Under the pieces are notes generated by a model. It did not search any database, had not been told where the DNA came from, and worked only from the letters and a program-made list of their open reading frames with translations. Of a stretch of DNA of 64,000 nucleotides, positions 46,156-54,944 are shown piece by piece (within the stretch, counting starts at the first letter, position 1; every line of letters begins with the position of its first letter). The position numbers and the translations under genes were made by a program. Source of the stretch: a virus; IMG/VR virus record IMGVR_UViG_3300044712_000815, positions 95,265 through 159,264 of that record; one strand, given 5' to 3'.

Positions 46156-46914
46156 TTTATATATCAATGTATTATAATATTGTCTTATTTCACAATTTAT
46201 ATCACGATCTATTTTTTTACTAAAATAATCGTGATTTTTTTTTAATAATTCTTTAAATTCAGATAAATTTACAGATTTAAAATATAATAATGATTCCGAT
46301 ACATTTGTTGTTAAATTACACGCAATAGTCGGAATTATTTTTTCTTCTAGACAATGAATATGATCAATTTTACTATTATAGTATTTTTTATAAAAATAAC
46401 AAATCTTATCCATTATATTAGAATTTACATAAGTACCATCAATTATACAACCATATTTTTTATCAGTTTCTAATTCTTCTAAAATACCTAAATATCTATA
46501 ATCTTTCAAAACATCTGAAAGCCAATCAATCTGATAAGATTCAATTAATAGTGGTGGTGTAAGTTTTATATTATTATTTTGTTGTTCACTAAATCCACAA
46601 TCATAATTTTTTATAAAATCTGATGGACTTTTTATCATCAACATATTTGAAGTTAAAAATATAACATACGTTATATCCCAAATATCTTTAACATATAAAT
46701 AATTAGATATATGAATCTTAGTAAAATCACAACCCCAATTGGTTTCATATTGTGTTGGATTAATAAATATTCTATCATTGGAATATAGATTAATATCTTG
46801 ATTTGAAGAAATATGTAAAACAACTATCGCATCATTATCGAAAAATAATATTCCATCACACATTTGTTTTACGCATTCTGGACATTCATGAATTGGTATA
46901 GAATATAAATTCAT
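46144..46914 (-). CDS. Glycosyltransferase-like hypothetical protein
   Basis: SIPIHE..ECV..., VLHIS, TSN, EEKIIPT; next to a GT gene. Confidence 0.45.
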   Translation of the reverse strand: MNLYSIPIHECPECVKQMCDGILFFDNDAIVVLHISSNQDINLYSNDRIFINPTQYETNWGCDFTKIHISNYLYVKDIWDITYVIFLTSNMLMIKSPSDFIKNYDCGFSEQQNNNIKLTPPLLIESYQIDWLSDVLKDYRYLGILEELETDKKYGCIIDGTYVNSNIMDKICYFYKKYYNSKIDHIHCLEEKIIPTIACNLTTNVSESLLYFKSVNLSEFKELLKKNHDYFSKKIDRDINCEIRQYYNTLIYKSIT

Positions 46915-46917
46915 TTT

Positions 46918-47829
46918 CTACCACATAATTTCTTTAAAATTTTCTTCTGTTTCTTTTATTTCTTTTAAATAATTGAATGTACAATTATCATCATTAACTT
47001 TTATATCTTGGTTAAATGGTGAATTTTGATACATTATTTTACTAAAATGTGTCTGGCTTTCACCAACAATACCAGCATTATGAAAGATATAAGTTTCATC
47101 CCAACGTTTAATATTATCCGTTGCCCAACAAAAATCTAAATCTTTATGTATTTTGATATTATGACCGAAATATAAACCATTCCAAAAAACTGACCACATA
47201 TCAGCAGTCCAAGATTGAATTGGATGCTGTGGATTATATATTGATTCAGTATCTTTCATATGACAATAAAGCCTTTCCATATCATCAAAACATTTTTTCC
47301 AAAAATTTGAATTAATACCTTTCATTAAATATTGAGCACCACCAGCATTATTATCATTAGCAGTAACAATATATGGTGATATTTTTACAATATCACACAT
47401 TTCATTAAATAATTTTTCGCTTTTACTTTTTATATATTTACTATCAAGATATGATCTAGTATCACTCACATACCAATTTTGATCATTTTCCATTTCAGTA
47501 AAATCTAATTTTTTAGTAAAGATAACATCCGGATCGGTATAAAAAATATTTTCATTTTCATATTCTGGGTGTTCTATAAAAAATTTTTCTATAATATGTG
47601 GTCTTTGGGAAGATGGATATCTTGATCCTTGACGTAAATCTTGATAAATATAAAATTTGGATTTAATTTTAGGATTAGTCATTATCGCCTGTAATACTGG
47701 ACTTGGATTAGATGTTGCTATAATATACACAGTATCTTCATCATATCCATATTTCATAAAATTATTAATTTGAACTAGACATTGCCATAAATAATAATTG
47801 TGATCAAATGTTGCTATTAAAATTTTCAT
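46918..47829 (-). CDS. GT-A glycosyltransferase resembling HPAT/serine-galactosyltransferase (GT95/GT96-like)
   Basis: YYLWQ, YPSSQRPH, YTDPDVIF, GGAQYLM, WTADMW, FHNAG. Confidence 0.6.
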   Translation of the reverse strand: MKILIATFDHNYYLWQCLVQINNFMKYGYDEDTVYIIATSNPSPVLQAIMTNPKIKSKFYIYQDLRQGSRYPSSQRPHIIEKFFIEHPEYENENIFYTDPDVIFTKKLDFTEMENDQNWYVSDTRSYLDSKYIKSKSEKLFNEMCDIVKISPYIVTANDNNAGGAQYLMKGINSNFWKKCFDDMERLYCHMKDTESIYNPQHPIQSWTADMWSVFWNGLYFGHNIKIHKDLDFCWATDNIKRWDETYIFHNAGIVGESQTHFSKIMYQNSPFNQDIKVNDDNCTFNYLKEIKETEENFKEIMW

Positions 47830-47906
47830 TTATTATTAATTTTTAACATAATATATAACCGAAAATAAAAAATGTTTATTATTTTTAGTAATAAACATTT
47901 TTATTT

Positions 47907-49859
47907 TCATATATTAAACATTTGTCCAAATAATTCAAAAATCATTGGACTTGGTGTTGTCGTTGGCATTAATGTTGTCGTTGGCATTAATGTTGTCGTT
48001 GGTGCTAATGTTGTCGTTGGTGCTAATGTTGTCGTTGTCGTTGTCGTAGAATAACCATTAAATATTTCATACATTGTTGACCCAGAATTATAATTTTTAT
48101 TTATATTATATATTTCTAGAATCGTACTAGGTATATCAATAAGATATCTTATATTTGATAAAACAACATTATTTCTAATATTTGGACCAATAGCAACAAA
48201 AAGAACATTCAATTCTGATTCAGTACTACCACCATGATCCCAAAAATTAGGATCAGCATGTCGTCCATGATCATTGGTTATCATCAATGTAGTTTTCCCT
48301 GCCATTTTTGGATGTGATTGAATAATATTCCAAAGTTCACCAATATATATATCTGTTTGTACGATTGCATTAACATACGCACTAAAATCTTGGGTGTGTG
48401 CATATGAATCTGGTTCTCTATAAGAAATCATAGAAATTGCTGGTGGATTTACACCTAAACATTCAGTTTTAAATAATTCATGGGTTGTTATATCATCCCG
48501 ATATCCACCAGTTCCATCACCATTCACCCCAGCATTACAATATGGTAAATAATTATTTAATAATGATGATGATTTGCGTATGCAATATAATTTATCTTTT
48601 GAAAAAAACATTTTTGCTGCTTCGGTATTACCACTAGATACAATACCATAATAATATAACCATTCTTGCATATATGTTGGATATGTTGGATTTACTGAAC
48701 CATCATTTGGTATATTTTCAAATAAACCAGTTGTCATTGCAGCATGACCTAGTATTGTTTCAGATGGTACAGATGTATACATATGAGGATTTGTAACACC
48801 ACTTTCTGATAAACTAATTATATATGGTATATTAGATGGTGTACCCCAAGTTTCACCTGTTCTTGCACCATCCATTGACACCAATACGACATATTGATCA
48901 TATATCATCGTTGTAGTTGTTGTGGTTGTTGGTGGTAACGTTGTGGTTGTTGTGGTTGTTGGTGTTATGCAAGTCCCTCTAATATATTTCATCTTTCCTT
49001 GTATTGTGGTAGTACCATTATCATCACCAACTGTATTTAATGTAACTTGACTTCCAATTGGAACATAATTATAATAATATGCATTAGTTTCGGTTATACT
49101 ATTTGTTATATCTATTGATGTTGTAAGCCCAGACCACATTATAGGTGTATTATCAATTTGAACTTCAACATTATTTATAGATTCATCACTTTTTAATATT
49201 ATTGAAATAATTCTATAATCAAATGATGATTTTAAGTCAATATAGTATACTTGTGATGTACCCGAAATTATATCATTGTAATAAAAATAAATATCTTCAA
49301 AATGACAATTAAATGTAATTGCACTATTAACCCAATAACCATCATTAAAAACCAAAATATCACCATTTGTAACACCAGACAATCCATCATCATTTCCGAA
49401 TATAGCAATTTCATAATGTCCATCTTCAAGCGTTTCATATTCCATAATGCCCCTAGGTGGATCAAAAATAAAACTACCTGGTAAAATTAATTTATTTGAA
49501 ACATCCCAAGTATTTCCAGACCAAACTATGATTTGATAGTCTGTATTACCTGTAAGACTAAGACTATTTGTGCCAGATGTTCCTGAAGTACCTGCTGTAC
49601 CGGATGATCCTGATGACCCATTACAATTTATTACTTTAACATATATTTGATCATTAGATTCCAATGATGTCAAAGTTAAGCCACTTCCAATCCCAACTAA
49701 TGTTGTAATCAAATCTCGAATTAAATACCATTCATATGTTACTAATATTCCATCAGTTATACCTGAAATTATTGAAAAATTTACAGTTTGCCCAGTATTT
49801 ATATAACAATAACCACTAAGTGATATCGGAGAACTTTCTATTTTTATAATTGAATCCAT
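47907..49859 (-). CDS. Virion-type protein with an alkaline-phosphatase-superfamily domain between poly-Thr linkers
   Basis: LVSMDGAR, SETILGHAAMTTG, EPDSYAH, TNDHG; GSSGSSGT and PTTTTT segments. Confidence 0.7.
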   Translation of the reverse strand: MDSIIKIESSPISLSGYCYINTGQTVNFSIISGITDGILVTYEWYLIRDLITTLVGIGSGLTLTSLESNDQIYVKVINCNGSSGSSGTAGTSGTSGTNSLSLTGNTDYQIIVWSGNTWDVSNKLILPGSFIFDPPRGIMEYETLEDGHYEIAIFGNDDGLSGVTNGDILVFNDGYWVNSAITFNCHFEDIYFYYNDIISGTSQVYYIDLKSSFDYRIISIILKSDESINNVEVQIDNTPIMWSGLTTSIDITNSITETNAYYYNYVPIGSQVTLNTVGDDNGTTTIQGKMKYIRGTCITPTTTTTTTLPPTTTTTTTMIYDQYVVLVSMDGARTGETWGTPSNIPYIISLSESGVTNPHMYTSVPSETILGHAAMTTGLFENIPNDGSVNPTYPTYMQEWLYYYGIVSSGNTEAAKMFFSKDKLYCIRKSSSLLNNYLPYCNAGVNGDGTGGYRDDITTHELFKTECLGVNPPAISMISYREPDSYAHTQDFSAYVNAIVQTDIYIGELWNIIQSHPKMAGKTTLMITNDHGRHADPNFWDHGGSTESELNVLFVAIGPNIRNNVVLSNIRYLIDIPSTILEIYNINKNYNSGSTMYEIFNGYSTTTTTTTLAPTTTLAPTTTLMPTTTLMPTTTPSPMIFELFGQMFNI

Positions 49860-49899
49860 TTACATATTTTATTTTTACTATCTATATATATTTATTTAT

Positions 49900-52098
49900 T
49901 TAATATAAATTATTTAAGCCAATAGGTTCAAAGTTACTTAACATACCATAAGGATATATTGTCGTTGTTGTTGTTGTTATTGGTGCTACTGTTGTCGTGG
50001 TTGTTGTCGCTGGACCAATATAGGTTGTTGTCGTGGTTGTTGTCGCTGGACCAATATAGGTTGTTGTCGTGGTTGTTGTTGGTGCTACTGTTGTCGTTGT
50101 CGTTGTTGTTGGTGCTATAATTGTAAATGCCGCTTTTTGATCACTTCCAATAGGTGTTGTTACTTTAATTGTAGCTGAACCCAAATTACCTATATTTGGT
50201 ATATATCCATTAATTTCATTATTTGATATAAAATTTTGTGAATTTAAAATATAAAATACCCCACCAATATAAATACTCACATCTGTCCAATATTTTGTAA
50301 ATGATGTGCCACTTATTGTAATAAGCGTTGATGTCGGACCACTTATTGGTGTAAATGATAATATTTTTGGTGATACATCAGGTAATGCATAAACTTCAAA
50401 AGGTGAATAAACACATGTTCCTGATAATCCAGTTGCATAAATATCCACTATTTTATTTTCACCCGAACTTACAAGACCAATTGGAATTGTTGTTCTTAGA
50501 TGATTATCATCAACAACTGTTGTTGAATTAGTTAAACCTGGATAATAATTACCAAAACTAATAGTAGCAAATTGTAAATTTGTACCATATATATCTATTG
50601 TATCTCCAACTTTTGCGAAAATTGGCGAAACACTACTTATTGTTGGTGATGTTGATCCTGATACTAAAACCGTAAAACCAGACATAGTATAACTACCACT
50701 AGAATTTACAACTTTAACATCAACAATACCCGTTGGTGTTGAATTTGATATACTAGTTAAAATATCAGATGCACTTTGATAATGTGTTGCATTAGCTGCA
50801 ACCCCACCAAAATATGCAACATTTGATGTGTTTCCAACCTTAAAATTAGTACCATAAATATGTAAATTATGATTTCTATATTGTGATTGTCTACTAAAAC
50901 TTGTTATTGTCGGTCCACCATTGGGTCCAGATACATTATATCCAAATGGTGCAGATGAACTATATTGATTGGTGACAATTACTGAATTAGAACCCTGAAC
51001 CACATTACCTAATTTGAGTGTACATGATGTTGAACTATTTGATAAAATCGTTGATATAACCCCGCTAAAAGTAACAGTTATAGTCCCATTTAAATTAGTA
51101 CCAGTCAATGTTACGGTTTCACCACTTGATGAACTTAATGGTAATATTGATGTAATTGTAGGTATATGACCAATTATAGTTCCCAATACCGTAAAACCAG
51201 ACAATGCAATATTGTGGACTCGTATTTTTGTATTCCCCAATGATGTATCTGATGCAATGATAGCTGTTATATATCTAGAATTATGTACTGTTATTTCTGA
51301 TGCTTGAACACTACCAAAACGAACTTGAATTTGACCATCAGCAAAATTTGTTCCTGATATATGAATAGTATCACCAACATATCCTGATGTTGGATAGAAA
51401 TCAGTGAATGTTATATTTGTATCTGTAACATAAAAATCAACAATATTACTTTGTAAACCTGTTGATACATTTTCTAAAAAAACAATAGTTGAACCACTGT
51501 TTGTTTGTGGTATAGTAACTGTTAATAATGTGGAATTTATCACATTTGTAATTCCTGAGTCACCATTAAACCAAGTTATAGTATCATTTTGTATAAAATT
51601 AGAACCATTAATTGTAATAGTCGAACCAATTGATGCAGTAGATGGTGCAATTGATATTATTATTGGATCATTACTCACATGTACAATTGTATGGAAAAAA
51701 GGTGAACTAAAGCCATTGGATGTTGTTACAACAACTGAAGCATTTATAGTTTCCGTTGATATATCTGGCACAACAACTGTTAATTGTGTATATGATAAAA
51801 CCGTAACATAAGTTCCTGGAATACTATTAAAACTTACGCTAGTATCACCAGGGACAAAATTAGAACCATATATTGTTATAATTTTACCGTTATTTGATGT
51901 AAATGGATAAATACTACTAATTGTTGGTGCCGATGAATTTTGTCCAACAATATAAGATACTGTACCATCATCATCTTTTACCCAAAATCCACTACTTTCC
52001 CCACCAACACTAACATCATCATAACCAAAATAAATATAACCCTTTTCTGGTGTTTCAACTAATTCTTTTTTTATTTTTTGTAATTTTATATAACTCAC
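49900..52098 (-). CDS. IPT/TIG (Ig-like) repeat protein with Thr-rich tail; GTG start
   Basis: About seven PTI.S..P.....G..ITI.G.NF repeats. Confidence 0.85.
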   Translation of the reverse strand: MSYIKLQKIKKELVETPEKGYIYFGYDDVSVGGESSGFWVKDDDGTVSYIVGQNSSAPTISSIYPFTSNNGKIITIYGSNFVPGDTSVSFNSIPGTYVTVLSYTQLTVVVPDISTETINASVVVTTSNGFSSPFFHTIVHVSNDPIIISIAPSTASIGSTITINGSNFIQNDTITWFNGDSGITNVINSTLLTVTIPQTNSGSTIVFLENVSTGLQSNIVDFYVTDTNITFTDFYPTSGYVGDTIHISGTNFADGQIQVRFGSVQASEITVHNSRYITAIIASDTSLGNTKIRVHNIALSGFTVLGTIIGHIPTITSILPLSSSSGETVTLTGTNLNGTITVTFSGVISTILSNSSTSCTLKLGNVVQGSNSVIVTNQYSSSAPFGYNVSGPNGGPTITSFSRQSQYRNHNLHIYGTNFKVGNTSNVAYFGGVAANATHYQSASDILTSISNSTPTGIVDVKVVNSSGSYTMSGFTVLVSGSTSPTISSVSPIFAKVGDTIDIYGTNLQFATISFGNYYPGLTNSTTVVDDNHLRTTIPIGLVSSGENKIVDIYATGLSGTCVYSPFEVYALPDVSPKILSFTPISGPTSTLITISGTSFTKYWTDVSIYIGGVFYILNSQNFISNNEINGYIPNIGNLGSATIKVTTPIGSDQKAAFTIIAPTTTTTTTVAPTTTTTTTYIGPATTTTTTTYIGPATTTTTTVAPITTTTTTIYPYGMLSNFEPIGLNNLY

Positions 52099-52351
52099 GA
52101 CAAATACTTTTTTTGTTATATATAAAAAATTTTTACTACAATTTTAATATATAAACAAAATATCAAATCTTAAAATATTGAAACTTGGTAGTTGGGTCAC
52201 TGAAAATATTGAAACTGCTAAATCTTTTGGTGATTTTTTATATAAAATACATGTAAATGAAGATGAAGTCAATTGGGAGTATTTATCACCTGAAATGATT
52301 GATGGGGAATGGCGAGGTGTATTAAAAAATAATACACCTTGCGAACAAATA

Positions 52352-54847
52352 TTATAATTCAAATTCTAAATCTAGAATCTTATTTTTTTGATAAAACGAT
52401 ATAATAATTTTATTTGTAAGTTTTTCTTTTGGTACAGCCCAAATTACATATCGTTTACTTAAAATTACATCTGTTATTGTGTGGTATATTTTTTTTGTAT
52501 TAAAATCCATTAAATCTATATTTAATTGTGGGGTATCTTCACCATTATACGAAATCATAATTTTATTATTTTCTTTTGCATATGATATTTTTATATCATC
52601 TACATTTAACTTAAAATCTTTTGTATATTTTTCAAAATCGAAATCTTTTTGATTTTCAATTAATTTGGATGCTATTATTCTGTCCGTTATCATTTTTGGT
52701 GTAATGTTTGTTGTACATTCGAATTGTCTATCAGTGTCTTTATGTTCAGGACACCAATTCCAATCCCCCCTATCAAAAATATGTTTATTAAAACATCCAT
52801 TACAAACATTGAAATTATGCACATTAATAATATTTGACTGAAATTCACAAATTGGATTAGAAAAACCAGAAATCATTACAACTTTTTTGCCTGTTGCCCA
52901 TGCTAACCAACTTAATCCTGAACCAACACCAATAAAAAATTCACAATGTTTTAATTCATTAATTCTATGTTCAATTGGAAAATTGCCTGTTCGATCTATA
53001 ATATTTTTTAAATTAGTTTTTTGCTTACTTATAACCATTACTTTATAACCTTGTTCATTTAACCAATCAACAATTAATTGCCATCCAATATTAGAATCCT
53101 TACACGGATAATGCCAATGTTTAGCGTTAGCTGTTGAAAATTGAGCAATACAAATATATTTATCTTCAATTGGTCTTGATCCATCAGGTATATTTATTTT
53201 TGGGACAATTTCTTTATAATCTAATCCTAGTATGTCAGATGCAGTTTTTTGTAATGGTATTTTTTTATAATCTATGGGATTTCTATTTTGATCAATAGGC
53301 AAATACCAACCAATATTATATTTAGCATAAATATCTTTATCTTTAATATTTGTTCCAGGTTCTAAAAATACAATTTCGGGATATTGTTCAATAAACCAAT
53401 TATTCCAAAATGTACTGCAAAAAACTTTACAATTATGTTTTTTCCTAAATTCTTCTACATATGGAAACCACGCTAAGGTATCACCTATTGATCTACTATC
53501 AAGTTGAATTAAGACATTTTTATTCGTTAAATCAAAATCTTGTGTAGCTATAATTTTATCTTGTAATTTAATATGAATTCTATATTCTTTATAACATTTA
53601 TTATTAGTTGCACACCAATTATTTACACCCAATTGTGTATAATATATTAATTCGTTTGTATTTTTATCAAAAATATCAACACCAAATTTTAATGATGATT
53701 TACCATTTATTTCAACTTTTGCACCATCAATAAAACTAATACTATAATCAATATAATCATCATCTTTTATTTCAAGTTTATTTTCTTCTTCTATATTTTC
53801 TTCTATATTTTCTTCTTCTATATTTCCCAATAAATTTATATATTCATCTGATAGTACTTTTGTATAATAAAGATTTTCATCAAGTTTCTTTATATTAAAA
53901 TTATCTAAAATTAACTGAATATCAATATCTATATCCATAGATAAAAATTTTATATTTTTATAATTATCATACATATTTAAATACGTAGACAATTTATTTA
54001 AAAATATTGGTAAATCATATGATGTCGCTTCTTTTATAGCCAATGGATTAAGTTCTAATAATGATGGATGTATAAGCAAATCACTTGCCTGATAAAACAA
54101 ATCGACATCTTCTCGTTCACCATAAACATAACAATTAGTTAATTTTTTTTCCATTAATGGCTTCCATGAATCAGAAAAATTTTCTGCTAGATTACCAACA
54201 AAATGAAAATTTATTTTATATTCTTTTAATTTTTCAGCAATTTCAAATAAATAAGCTTGATTTTTATCTTTTGTAAATAACCCAACATTTAAAATATGAA
54301 AATAATTTGGATCAAAATTTAATATCTTTCTTGCTTGACCTTGATTTTTTTCTAATTCTTCAATTGGATATTCTATTACTGATGAAGGAATATTGAATTT
54401 ACTATATTCTTTCTTTGAATATTCTGATACAAATATGAATTTATCTGGAAAATATATTTTATGATAAATATCAAAAGTTGAAGTATGTGTAGTTTCAACA
54501 ATTTTATATGGTCTATCTTTGCGATACAACCAATCTGCGTGTTCTTTTCTCATTCCAAAAATAAATTTTTCGGGAATTTCTTCCATATGAACAATATCGG
54601 GATTAATTTTTTCTACAATTTCTTGAAAATGATCTCTAATTTCTTCTTTATCTGTCCAACCTAAAGAAATGAATTTATTTCCTAAAATATTTTTTAATTT
54701 ATTTCGTTGAACAACAAAACTCCAAGCAATTTCCCTATATTCTATAACATAAACATCGTGTATATTTATTAACGCTTCTACACGTTTTAATGCTACTTGA
54801 GGCATCCCACCAGTTGAAACGTGGGGTAAAATCATCAAAATTTTCAT
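52352..54847 (-). CDS. GT4-like glycosyltransferase fused to an Aah/TibC-like protein heptosyltransferase domain
   Basis: STGGMPQ, KNQ, ELNPLAIKEA; SIGDTLAWFPY, FIGVGSGLSWLAW, MISGFS, CNGC...WCP.HK...QFECT. Confidence 0.82.
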   Translation of the reverse strand: MKILMILPHVSTGGMPQVALKRVEALINIHDVYVIEYREIAWSFVVQRNKLKNILGNKFISLGWTDKEEIRDHFQEIVEKINPDIVHMEEIPEKFIFGMRKEHADWLYRKDRPYKIVETTHTSTFDIYHKIYFPDKFIFVSEYSKKEYSKFNIPSSVIEYPIEELEKNQGQARKILNFDPNYFHILNVGLFTKDKNQAYLFEIAEKLKEYKINFHFVGNLAENFSDSWKPLMEKKLTNCYVYGEREDVDLFYQASDLLIHPSLLELNPLAIKEATSYDLPIFLNKLSTYLNMYDNYKNIKFLSMDIDIDIQLILDNFNIKKLDENLYYTKVLSDEYINLLGNIEEENIEENIEEENKLEIKDDDYIDYSISFIDGAKVEINGKSSLKFGVDIFDKNTNELIYYTQLGVNNWCATNNKCYKEYRIHIKLQDKIIATQDFDLTNKNVLIQLDSRSIGDTLAWFPYVEEFRKKHNCKVFCSTFWNNWFIEQYPEIVFLEPGTNIKDKDIYAKYNIGWYLPIDQNRNPIDYKKIPLQKTASDILGLDYKEIVPKINIPDGSRPIEDKYICIAQFSTANAKHWHYPCKDSNIGWQLIVDWLNEQGYKVMVISKQKTNLKNIIDRTGNFPIEHRINELKHCEFFIGVGSGLSWLAWATGKKVVMISGFSNPICEFQSNIINVHNFNVCNGCFNKHIFDRGDWNWCPEHKDTDRQFECTTNITPKMITDRIIASKLIENQKDFDFEKYTKDFKLNVDDIKISYAKENNKIMISYNGEDTPQLNIDLMDFNTKKIYHTITDVILSKRYVIWAVPKEKLTNKIIISFYQKNKILDLEFEL

Positions 54848-54898
54848 ACTTTTAATTTACTTTTTATTATTTATTATCTATTTTAAAATAAGTTTAAA

Positions 54899-54927
54899 TA
54901 AAAAAACCTGTTATAAACAGGTTTTTT
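54899..54927 (-). terminator. Intrinsic terminator
   Basis: AAAAAACCTGTT-ATA-AACAGGTTTTTT. Confidence 0.75.
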
Positions 54928-54944
54928 ATTTAATTTTTGTAATG

